A stretch of DNA of 14,342 bases. It comes from Fidelibacterota bacterium. Lineage in GTDB: Bacteria > Fidelibacterota > Fidelibacteria > Fidelibacterales > Fidelibacteraceae. Positions 1 to 8,376 of the stretch are shown here, piece after piece. How positions within the stretch are numbered: the first letter of the stretch is position 1; every line of letters starts with the position of its first letter. Position numbers and translations under genes: made by a program. The notes beneath the pieces are model-generated. The model did not search any database and was not told the origin of the DNA. It was given only the letters and a program-made list of their open reading frames with translations. The stretch spans positions 9,405 through 23,746 of the forward strand of contig JAYEOX010000133.1 of assembly GCA_034723415.1 (NCBI GenBank). Direction: 5' to 3'.

Positions 1-1
1 T

Positions 2-46
2 AATTTCGTGAATTTCGTGGCTGAATTTATTCGTATTAATTCGTAT
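2..46. repeat. Short repeats with a TTCGT core: AATTTCGTG x2 followed by GCTGAA, then ATTCGTAT x2. Possibly the end of a repeat element cut by the window edge
   Basis: AATTTCGTG at 2-10 and 11-19; ATTCGTAT at 29-36 and 39-46, spanning the hydrolase stop codon. Confidence 0.5.
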
Positions 47-827
47 AGTCCGTGTCTCTATTAAAACATCCATTTTCAATAAAGTATAAACATTGTTTGA
101 ATGTATCTTCATAAAATAACATCGGTGTATGAGCATGTTTAAGTATAATAAAATCCTCCGCCCCTTTTAAATATGCTTCATCAACTCGTACTTCTCCATC
201 ATTATCTGCATCAATAAATGGATTATATCCTTTGTTATTTTTTTTACCACCGGCAATTATTCCAAATTCACAATCAGGTGGAGAAAGCGATTTAAAATGT
301 GCATCAGAAGTAGCTAATAATTCCTGTCCGGGCGTTTTTGTTATCCATTTATAAAAGAAAATGTTGTCCAATGTATCTGCATATTCCGATCCATGATTTG
401 GTGGAGCTATCATTACCCATCGAATGATCTGTAAAGTAGAATCATAATTTTCCATTTCCCGTCCTACAAGATTTCCCATACTATGACTTACCAAATAGAA
501 TTTACCATACTGTATATTTTCATTTAACCACTCTGCAAAATCAATTCCTTGTTGACGTATATTATTTTCAGTTGAATGATAACCGTAATTATATGTCTCA
601 TATCCGGCATCTTGAAATTTATTTTCCAGTGGCTTCATGATCAACGGATTACTTAGAATACCGTGTATTATTACTACAGGAATGTTTTTATCAGAATTAT
701 TACTTTCTAATTTTCCATTTAAGATGAAAAAACAAATAAAAATGCTTATTAATATCTTTTGAAAAAATCTCATAGGACGTATTTTTTTTCTAAAACTTTT
801 AATATATGAGAAACCTTTGATTAACAT
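36..827 (-). CDS. Alpha/beta-hydrolase (lipase/esterase-like), probably exported
   Basis: Oxyanion motif VIIHGI, nucleophile elbow SHSMG (GxSxG variant), PPNHGS, candidate catalytic Asp (NDGEV) and His (HAHT). Hydrophobic N-terminal stretch ILISIFICFFIL. The true start may be the ATG at 773 (MRFFQK), which gives a more typical signal peptide. Confidence 0.85.
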   Translation of the reverse strand: MLIKGFSYIKSFRKKIRPMRFFQKILISIFICFFILNGKLESNNSDKNIPVVIIHGILSNPLIMKPLENKFQDAGYETYNYGYHSTENNIRQQGIDFAEWLNENIQYGKFYLVSHSMGNLVGREMENYDSTLQIIRWVMIAPPNHGSEYADTLDNIFFYKWITKTPGQELLATSDAHFKSLSPPDCEFGIIAGGKKNNKGYNPFIDADNDGEVRVDEAYLKGAEDFIILKHAHTPMLFYEDTFKQCLYFIENGCFNRDTDYTN

Positions 828-872
828 AACAAATACACTTTCATTTTATAATTTATTGTTAATTATGATCAT

Positions 873-920
873 TTCTAACATTCTAAACCACTAAACTTCT
901 AAACTTCTAAACTTCTAAAC
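873..920. repeat. 8-bp tandem repeat (TTCTAAAC) x6, four exact and two variant
   Basis: TTCTAACA-TTCTAAAC-CACTAAAC-TTCTAAAC-TTCTAAAC-TTCTAAAC read directly in the nifS-hydrolase spacer. Confidence 0.9.
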
Positions 921-980
921 ATTTTTATTATTTTATTTTGATTCTTATTATTTGGTTTGGTTATGCAAAGCATTCTATAA

Positions 981-2135
981 TTATATTGCACTAATTTTCC
1001 TTAAAAAATCAACAGTTTCTGTAACAGCAATAATTGTTTTGTCTATATCTTCTTCCGTATTTTCTCTTCCCAATGAAAATCTAATCGAGCTATGAGCTTG
1101 TTCGGCAGGTACATTCAAAGCAATTATAACATGACTAGGATCTAATGAACCGGATGAACATGCACTACCGGTTGATATCTCAATTCCATGCATATCGAGT
1201 CGCAATAAAATTGATTCCCCCTCAATATTATTAAATGAAATATTTGTTACATTTGGTAATCGCTTTTCAGGATGTCCATTTATAGAAATATTTGAAATGT
1301 TTTTTTTCAATCCGGATTCTAATTTATCTCTCAAATATTTTATTTTTTTTACTTCACTATTCATTTCCAAATTTAATTGTTTAATTGCTTCACCAAAAGC
1401 AATAATGCCAATAGTATTTTCAGTACCGGCTCGCATAGAATTTTCCTGATGTCCACCGCTTATCAAAGGACATAATGACTTTGTTCCTTTCCGACGAAAC
1501 AATACACCAATTCCCTTCGGTCCGTAAATTTTATGACCGGATAATGACAAATAATCAACTTTCATTTTTTTAAGATCTACTGGAATTTTTCCAATTGCTT
1601 GTACCGCATCCGTATGAATTGGAATATTATTCTCATTTGCAATTTTTGTAATTTCTTCCATTGGTTGAATGGTTCCAATTTCATTATTGGCATACATAAT
1701 TGTTATCAATGCGGTATTATCTTTGATAGCATTTTGAACATCTTTTGGATTTATTAAACCATATTTATCTACAGGTAAATAAGTAACTTCAACATTTTGT
1801 TGTTCTAAACATTTTAAAGTATTCATAACAGATGGATGTTCAATCGAGGAAGTAATAATATGTGTATCTGCAACATTGCAAAAAGCACAACAAGAAACAG
1901 CTCCTTTGATAACTGTATTATTCGCTTCTGAGCCACCGGCAGTAAAAATCAATTCATCAGGATCACAATTTAAAAAATCGGCAATATTTTTGCGTGCATC
2001 CTCTACCATTTGTCTTACTTTTCTACCTAGTTCGTGTTGTGAGCTGGGATTACCATAATTATCTAAAAAATCAATTATTTTTTCTTTTACTTTTGGATGC
2101 AGCGGTGTAGTTGCATTATTATCTAAATATATCAT
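981..2135 (-). CDS. nifS: Cysteine desulfurase, group I (NifS/IscS family)
   Basis: N-terminus MIYLDNNATT, IEHPSV, HTDAVQ, PLP-lysine motif SGHKIYGPKG, RAGTEN and catalytic loop STGSACSSGS. Start moved from 2165 to the ATG at 2135, which has an upstream GGGTGA Shine-Dalgarno and lies 1 nt after the nifU stop. Confidence 0.95.
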   Translation of the reverse strand: MIYLDNNATTPLHPKVKEKIIDFLDNYGNPSSQHELGRKVRQMVEDARKNIADFLNCDPDELIFTAGGSEANNTVIKGAVSCCAFCNVADTHIITSSIEHPSVMNTLKCLEQQNVEVTYLPVDKYGLINPKDVQNAIKDNTALITIMYANNEIGTIQPMEEITKIANENNIPIHTDAVQAIGKIPVDLKKMKVDYLSLSGHKIYGPKGIGVLFRRKGTKSLCPLISGGHQENSMRAGTENTIGIIAFGEAIKQLNLEMNSEVKKIKYLRDKLESGLKKNISNISINGHPEKRLPNVTNISFNNIEGESILLRLDMHGIEISTGSACSSGSLDPSHVIIALNVPAEQAHSSIRFSLGRENTEEDIDKTIIAVTETVDFLRKISAI

Positions 2136-2136
2136 T

Positions 2137-2772
2137 TTATTCACCCGTGTAAATGTCTGTTTCAAAATATTGTTTCACATATTTGTCAAGGAGTTTTTTT
2201 GCTTCAGGTTCACATTTCCCACAAGCGGTGCTAATTTTTGTTCGCTTTTGTAATGTGTCAAAATCTTTAACTCCTTCAAGCACTTCCATTTTAATCTCAT
2301 CTTCAGAAATGTTTAAACACTCACAAACAATTCGTGACTCTTTTTCAACTTTAATTTTTTCTGCTTGCCCTGTTTTTCTATAATAATCCTTTATTGCTGC
2401 TCTTAATGCTTTGTCACCAAGAACTGAACAGTGAATCTTATTCGGCGGTAGTCCACCTAATTCTTTTATAATGTCATCAGGTTTAATTTCCATAGCTTCT
2501 TCTAATATCATTCCGCTATTTTTTGTAACCATTTCTGACATCATAGAAGTTGAACCAATTGCACTTGCACAACCGAAAGTTTTCCATTTCATATCGTAGA
2601 TTTTATTGTCTTTCACCTTGATATAAACTTTCATCAAATCACCACAAACAGGTGAACCATTTTCACCAACGCCATCAGCTTTATATTCTTCTTCTGAAAT
2701 TTTTAGAACATTTCTTGGATTAAAAAAATGTTCTTTAACTTTATCGGAATAATTCCAATTTGTATCATTCAT
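2137..2772 (-). CDS. nifU: NifU-like Fe-S cluster scaffold: IscU/NifU_N domain plus BFD-like [2Fe-2S] domain, no C-terminal Nfu domain
   Basis: YSDKVKEHFFNPRN, three scaffold cysteines (VCGD, FGCASA, KIHCS), LPPNK motif and C-terminal CECLN...TACGKC. Adjacent to the cysteine desulfurase. Confidence 0.9.
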   Translation of the reverse strand: MNDTNWNYSDKVKEHFFNPRNVLKISEEEYKADGVGENGSPVCGDLMKVYIKVKDNKIYDMKWKTFGCASAIGSTSMMSEMVTKNSGMILEEAMEIKPDDIIKELGGLPPNKIHCSVLGDKALRAAIKDYYRKTGQAEKIKVEKESRIVCECLNISEDEIKMEVLEGVKDFDTLQKRTKISTACGKCEPEAKKLLDKYVKQYFETDIYTGE

Positions 2773-2788
2773 ATTATTTTTCTCTATT

Positions 2789-3883
2789 TTAATTAATTTT
2801 ATTATAAATATTTCTTATATCATTTGCATCTATTTTTACAGGATTATTTTCCATATTGTGAGTATTTAAAACAGTTTCAATATTATTCTCTATAAATTCT
2901 ATATCTAATTTTTTACCAATTGTCAAATCAAGTGAAATCAGCCACTCATAAAAGTCATTCTTTTTTATGTTCAGAAAATCAAAAAGTTCATTCAAATCTT
3001 CTTTAACAGTCGGATAATACTTTTCCATTACAGATTTCATTACAATCCCATTTGCTAATCCGTGTGAAATACCATATTTAGTTGTTATCGGATAACCAAT
3101 TGCATGTTGCATCGTTGATCCCGTCTGCGCAATAACCATTCCACCCCAAAGTGAAGCGAGCATAAGTTTTTCTCTTAGTTTAATATTTTCAAGATCATTC
3201 ATTGTATCTTTCAAATTTTCAAATATCAATTTCACTCCACTGAAAATTATCGGATAGACAATTTTACTCCTTTTTTTTGAATATAGTCCTTCCAACAAAT
3301 GACTTAATGCATCAACAGCAGTATCACGAGTAATTATTTTGGGTAATGAAATTGTATATTGGGGATCTAAAAATGAAAATTTGGGAAATATTAAAGATGT
3401 GCCAAACCCAACTTTTTTATCAATATTAGAATCTGTTATCACGCTGTATTGTGTTGCCTCTGTCCCGGTTCCAGAAGTTGTTGGAATTGCAATTATCGGA
3501 TAGGCATTTTTAATTTTTTGAAAATTATATACTTCCCTATTTTCTAATTTATTCGCAGCGATGATTGAAATTGCTTTTGCAGAATCAATTGGACTTCCGC
3601 CACCAATACCAATTACCATATTACAATTATTCTTTAAAAAATATTCAGCTCCCTTATGCACTGTTTTTAATTTTGGATTTTCAGTGATCTTATTAAATAT
3701 TTTATAATCTATTTTTTTACTTTTTAATATTTCTAAAATATCAGTTTGAGCTCCACTAACTATTGCAGATCTTTTCCCGGTAACTATTAATGGTTTATCA
3801 TTTTTGTTAATATTAGAACTGAAATTATTCTTTAAACAATCTTTCCCAAAAAATATATTTGTCGGCATATTATATTTAAACAT
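2789..3883 (-). CDS. Iron-containing (group III) alcohol dehydrogenase, substrate unknown
   Basis: PTNIFFG, ENP, GGGSPIDSAK, PTTSGTGTE and metal ligands in DALSH, QHA and SHGLAN. AAGGTG Shine-Dalgarno. Confidence 0.92.
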   Translation of the reverse strand: MFKYNMPTNIFFGKDCLKNNFSSNINKNDKPLIVTGKRSAIVSGAQTDILEILKSKKIDYKIFNKITENPKLKTVHKGAEYFLKNNCNMVIGIGGGSPIDSAKAISIIAANKLENREVYNFQKIKNAYPIIAIPTTSGTGTEATQYSVITDSNIDKKVGFGTSLIFPKFSFLDPQYTISLPKIITRDTAVDALSHLLEGLYSKKRSKIVYPIIFSGVKLIFENLKDTMNDLENIKLREKLMLASLWGGMVIAQTGSTMQHAIGYPITTKYGISHGLANGIVMKSVMEKYYPTVKEDLNELFDFLNIKKNDFYEWLISLDLTIGKKLDIEFIENNIETVLNTHNMENNPVKIDANDIRNIYNKIN

Positions 3884-3896
3884 CTTTATTCACCTT

Positions 3897-4787
3897 TTAT
3901 TCATTTAGTACATTTTTCCCAATGAATGTCTCTTTTTTAATAAAAACATTTTTTAAATCAATCCATTTATCAAGATTAATTCCATATTCACCAAGCATGT
4001 TTTTTCCTTGCCAGTTTAGATCGTGAAAATCCGAACCGCCTGTAACGATTAGATTAAATTTTTTCGCGAGTGCCATAATTTCTAACATCATTTTATTTTT
4101 ATTTGATGGATGATATAATTCAATTCCATCGATTGGATATGTAACGATTTCTTCTAAAAGATATTTGTTTTTATATAATCCGGGATGAGCTAAAATTGCA
4201 ATTCCGTCAGCATTATGAATTAAATTAATTGCATAATCAACACTCATTTTCTCTTTTGGAACATAAGCAGGACAATCATATCCAATATATTCAATAAATG
4301 CTTCTCTCATTGAATTAACAAAACCGGCATTTATTAAGGCTCGTGCAACATGCGGTCTCCCTAAAGCTGTATCGCCATCAACTGTATTGAAAATTGTTTG
4401 TGGTAATATTTTTATTTTTAGATCATTTAATTTTTCACATATTGTATAAATTCGTTTTTTACGGTAATCCTGATATTTATTTAAATTAAATAACATATCT
4501 TCGTTTTTAGGATCAAATCCATAACCAAGAATATGGACATCTTCGTCTCTAAAATATGTCGAAAGTTCAACTCCGGTAATTGCAATACCTTGAAAATATT
4601 TTTTAAATTCATTGAATCCATTTATTGTATCGTGATCGGTCAATGCCGCAACTGATATGTTATTTTTATTAAGATACTTCGTTAAATATTCAGGAGAAAA
4701 TTTTCCATCTGAAAATGTGGAATGAAAATGCAGATCAGCATATATTTGATTTTGTCTTTTAGCTATTTTATTTCTTACAGTTATCAT
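3897..4787 (-). CDS. PHP-domain metal-dependent phosphoesterase (YciV/TrpH family)
   Basis: DLHFHSTFSDG, LTDHDT, GVELS, VHILGY, GRPHVA, AHPG and TGGSDFH motifs. Confidence 0.92.
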   Translation of the reverse strand: MITVRNKIAKRQNQIYADLHFHSTFSDGKFSPEYLTKYLNKNNISVAALTDHDTINGFNEFKKYFQGIAITGVELSTYFRDEDVHILGYGFDPKNEDMLFNLNKYQDYRKKRIYTICEKLNDLKIKILPQTIFNTVDGDTALGRPHVARALINAGFVNSMREAFIEYIGYDCPAYVPKEKMSVDYAINLIHNADGIAILAHPGLYKNKYLLEEIVTYPIDGIELYHPSNKNKMMLEIMALAKKFNLIVTGGSDFHDLNWQGKNMLGEYGINLDKWIDLKNVFIKKETFIGKNVLNE

Positions 4788-4797
4788 CTATTTCTTT

Positions 4798-6666
4798 CTA
4801 CTTAACTATTTCTATTATTCTTTTTGCAATATTTTCAGAATCTAATTCAACCTGTTTAATTAATATCGATCTCTCACCATGTGTAATATACTCATCCGGA
4901 ATGGAAAATGAATGCAATTTTGATTTACTTTCATTGTTTTGCATAAATCTTGAAACCAAGTTTTCCAATCCGCTATTTGGATTTCCCTCTTCTATTGTAA
5001 AAATATTTTTATGATCTTTTACAACTTCATTTAAAACAATTTTATCATAAGGACAAATAAATCTTGCATTGATCAGTGTAGCATCAATATTTGAACTACT
5101 CAAAATTTTCAATGCCTTTTCGGCTTCTCTCACCATAGTTCCTATCGCAATAATTGCAACTTTTTTTCCTTTTTTCAAATATTCCCAAGAACCTAATTTT
5201 AAAGGAGCAACTCTATTTTTAGGATCATATCTGACACTCTTATCACGCGGATAACGAATGAAAAATGGTTTATTTTTTGACTTTAATGCCAAATGCATTA
5301 ACGACCTTAATTCATTCCCATCTTTAGGAGCTGATAATACGATATTTGGGATCATCGATAAATATGAGAGATCAAAATTTCCATGATGTGTCGGTCCATC
5401 CGCACCAACTATTCCGGCTCTATCACAACAAAAGATCACCGGCAATTTCTGTAAACTTACATCATGAATAATATTGTCAATTGCTCTTTGCAAAAATGAT
5501 GAATAGATTGATACGACAGGTTTTATTCCATTTGTGGCAAGACCGGCAGCAAATGTAACGGCATGTCCTTCTGCAATTCCAACATCAAAAAATCGCTTAG
5601 GGAATTTTTTCGCAAAATCAACTAAACCTGTTCCTTCTTTCATCGCTGCAGTTATTCCAACGACTTTTGGATCTTTTTTGGCTAATTCAATAATTGTTTT
5701 CCCAAATACCTCCGTATAAGTTGGCATCTTCTTTTTCGGAATTTCAACTTTTATCTTCTCACCCGGTATTCCATGATATTTTGTTGGGTCAGCTTCTGCT
5801 TCAGGCAATCCTTTTCCTTTTACAGTCAGAACATGAACCAATATCGGTGTTTTGATCTTTTTTAATTTTGTAAATGCATCTACTAACTGTGGAATATTAT
5901 GACCATCAATAGGCCCAAAATATCTTAATCCCATTTCATCAAAAATAATATTTGGAACAATAAGTTTCTTTGCACTTGCCAATATTCTTTTTATTCCACT
6001 ACGAATATAATGTTTTTCACCATTAAATCTTCCGGTAAATTTCCAAACATTATTTCTTAATTGATTATATGCCGAACCGGTAACGATTCTATTTAAATAA
6101 CGAGAAATTCCTCCTACATTACGAGATATTGACATTTCGTTATCATTTAAAATCACCATCAATTGTTTTTTTAAACGACCAATATTATTAAATCCTTCCC
6201 AAGCTAAGCCACCGGTTAATGCACCATCTCCAATAACAGCAATAACTTTATTTGTTATATTTAATAAATCATTCGCAGCAGAAATTCCCAATGCCGATGA
6301 AATTGAAGTAGAAGCATGTCCCGCTCCAAAAGCATCATATTCACTTTCAGATCGTTTTAAAAACCCACTAATGCCACCGTATTTACGAATTGTTTTTAAT
6401 TTTTCTCTCCTTCCTGTTAACACCTTATAAGAATATGTTTGATGACCGACATCCCAAATAATTTTATCATCCGGTAGTTCAAAAACATACAATAAAGCAA
6501 TAGTCAATTCTACTACACCAAGTGAAGGAGCTAAATGTCCACCTGTTTTACTGATCACATTAATTATATAATCTCTTAACTCATCGGCTAATATTTGAAG
6601 TTCATCTATAGATAATTTTTTGATATCTTTTGGAGTATCAATTTTTTTTAATATTTTATATTTCAT
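4798..6666 (-). CDS. dxs: 1-deoxy-D-xylulose-5-phosphate synthase
   Basis: GGHLAPSLG, WDVGHQ, GHASTSIS, ThDP motif GDGA...LNDN, GPIDGH, DVGIAE, DRAGIVGADGPTHHG and IRYPR. 622 aa, with an AAAGGTG Shine-Dalgarno. Confidence 0.98.
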   Translation of the reverse strand: MKYKILKKIDTPKDIKKLSIDELQILADELRDYIINVISKTGGHLAPSLGVVELTIALLYVFELPDDKIIWDVGHQTYSYKVLTGRREKLKTIRKYGGISGFLKRSESEYDAFGAGHASTSISSALGISAANDLLNITNKVIAVIGDGALTGGLAWEGFNNIGRLKKQLMVILNDNEMSISRNVGGISRYLNRIVTGSAYNQLRNNVWKFTGRFNGEKHYIRSGIKRILASAKKLIVPNIIFDEMGLRYFGPIDGHNIPQLVDAFTKLKKIKTPILVHVLTVKGKGLPEAEADPTKYHGIPGEKIKVEIPKKKMPTYTEVFGKTIIELAKKDPKVVGITAAMKEGTGLVDFAKKFPKRFFDVGIAEGHAVTFAAGLATNGIKPVVSIYSSFLQRAIDNIIHDVSLQKLPVIFCCDRAGIVGADGPTHHGNFDLSYLSMIPNIVLSAPKDGNELRSLMHLALKSKNKPFFIRYPRDKSVRYDPKNRVAPLKLGSWEYLKKGKKVAIIAIGTMVREAEKALKILSSSNIDATLINARFICPYDKIVLNEVVKDHKNIFTIEEGNPNSGLENLVSRFMQNNESKSKLHSFSIPDEYITHGERSILIKQVELDSENIAKRIIEIVK

Positions 6667-6924
6667 AGTTCACCTTTAACCTTTTTATAAATCTTATAGT
6701 TTACAAAATTATTTGGAAAATAGTAAGAATATTTTAATAATTTTAATTATAGCAAACAGAATAAAAAAAATATTTTTATTTAATTTAGTTAATATTTTTT
6801 TTATTTTAAAATAGTAATGAGAAAGTGACTTCTATCTAATATAAAGGAATTAAAATAATTCAAAAATACTTCTAAAAGAGATGATTAAAAATGAAAAAAA
6901 TTAAAAGAAAGAGATTCTTCAAAA
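6667..6924. promoter_or_regulatory. Divergent promoter region between dxs and the ABC transporter
   Basis: Very AT-rich 258-bp spacer between head-to-head genes. Individual -10/-35 boxes cannot be assigned reliably at this AT content. Confidence 0.55.
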
Positions 6925-8376
6925 ATGTTTTATAGATCAAATAAAATAATATTTACATTGTTATTAATTATATCAATATTCACTATTTCAAATGCAAAAA
7001 AAGACAATTTCAAAGTAGCTCTCACGGGGAAATATCCTCCTTTTAGCATGTATGATTCTAATGGAAATCTTGCAGGATTTGATGTTGATGTTTCAAAAGC
7101 AATAGCTGATAAACTTGATAAAAAACTTATTTTAATAGCAACACAGTGGGATGCTATTCTTCCCGGGCTTTTAACAGGAAAGTATGATGTTATTATCGGT
7201 TCTATGGCTGTAACAAAAGAGCGTAGTAAAAAGGTTAATTTTTCTGACTCCTATTACGAATCCGGTGCACAGCTATTTATCCATAAACGAAGTGTTGATT
7301 CGATAAAATCTATTAATGATTGTGTTAATAAACGCATAGGTGTTGTTCTTGGTGAAACTTATGCACAATTCTTAAGAAATAAATATCCAACAATAGAGAG
7401 AGTAACATATAAATCAACTGTTGATATTTTCAATGACCTTGATAATGGCCGCATTTCAGGTTTTGTGAGCGATAAGCTCCTTGGTATGTATCAAATCAAA
7501 AAATCAAAAAGAAAATTTGTGCCTACAGGGAAATTGCTTTTCAAAGAACAGATGGCTATTCCTGTGAACAAAAATGATAAAATCCTCTTGGAAAACATTA
7601 ATAAAGCGCTTGGTGAAATGCGGAAAACAGGTGAATTGCAACAAATATTTGATAAATGGTTCGGTATAACTGAAAATGATTCTCAGGTTAGACAAAAACA
7701 AACATCTATTAAGAGAATAACTATTATCAAACTTTTTGCAAAAGGTTTCGGATTAACATTATTAGTTGCCTTTTCTTCAATACTTATAGGTTTTCTACTT
7801 GCTGTTCCCGGTGGAATTGTACTTAACAATAAAGAAATAACCGGCAATATGGTACTAAGAGCCGTGAATGATTTCTTTAGAGGCACACCTGTGCTAATAC
7901 AACTTTTCTTTGTATATTTTGGAATAGGCAGTCTGCTGTCTCAAAAATTTGGCATCAATCTTTCGGCTATTACAGCTGCAATTTTTACACTTTCAATAAA
8001 TGCTGCTGCTTATATGTCTGAAGTTGTTCGTTCCGGTTTGATGTCGGTTCCAACGGGTCAAAGAAATGCGGCAATAGCCATTGGTTTTAACAAATGGCAA
8101 ATTTTTTCGCTTGTAATTTGGCCGCAAGCATTCAGAATTGCATTACCGCCGCTTATGAATTCTGTTGTTGCATTAATAAAGGATACGGCTTTGATATCTG
8201 TTATTACTGTCCCTGAAATAATTCGACAGGCACAATCAGTAATAAGTATTACATTTGATCCGACAAAATATTATTTAATTGTTGCATTAATGTTCTATTT
8301 AGTAACATTCCCTCTTATGAAATTTTCTGCTAAGTTAGAAAAACAAATTAAAAAGAAAGGCTTTGGAAATGCTTAA
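6925..8376 (+). CDS. Polar amino-acid ABC transporter, fused substrate-binding (SBP family 3) and HisM/GlnP-type permease
   Basis: Signal peptide, GKYPPF, GFDVDV, WDAILPGLLTGKYD and VNFSDSY in the binding domain. FRGTPVLIQLF, AYMSEVVRSG...GQRNAAIAIG (EAA loop), PQAFR and IKDTAL in the permease. Confidence 0.93.
   Translation: MFYRSNKIIFTLLLIISIFTISNAKKDNFKVALTGKYPPFSMYDSNGNLAGFDVDVSKAIADKLDKKLILIATQWDAILPGLLTGKYDVIIGSMAVTKERSKKVNFSDSYYESGAQLFIHKRSVDSIKSINDCVNKRIGVVLGETYAQFLRNKYPTIERVTYKSTVDIFNDLDNGRISGFVSDKLLGMYQIKKSKRKFVPTGKLLFKEQMAIPVNKNDKILLENINKALGEMRKTGELQQIFDKWFGITENDSQVRQKQTSIKRITIIKLFAKGFGLTLLVAFSSILIGFLLAVPGGIVLNNKEITGNMVLRAVNDFFRGTPVLIQLFFVYFGIGSLLSQKFGINLSAITAAIFTLSINAAAYMSEVVRSGLMSVPTGQRNAAIAIGFNKWQIFSLVIWPQAFRIALPPLMNSVVALIKDTALISVITVPEIIRQAQSVISITFDPTKYYLIVALMFYLVTFPLMKFSAKLEKQIKKKGFGNA

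Noticed and set aside
2136..2165. Longer nifS start at 2165
   Set aside because: It would overlap nifU by 29 nt. The ATG at 2135 gives the family N-terminus MIYLD and has a Shine-Dalgarno.
981..2772. Nitrogen-fixation cluster
   Set aside because: No nifHDK/ENB in the window. nifU/nifS-like pairs are common in non-diazotrophs.
3897..4787. PHP protein as an anti-phage (Ppl-like) or DNA polymerase component
   Set aside because: It is a stand-alone YciV-type protein with no fused ATPase or polymerase domain, in a housekeeping context.
6667..6924. TPP, SAM or T-box riboswitch upstream of dxs or the transporter
   Set aside because: The spacer is almost all A/T and lacks the conserved cores and GC stems.
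6891..6935. Small upstream ORF MKKIKRKRFFKNVL overlapping the transporter start (leader peptide or frameshift?)
   Set aside because: Lys/Phe richness is expected from A/T tracts, there is no attenuator hairpin, and the 6925 start already gives an intact signal peptide.
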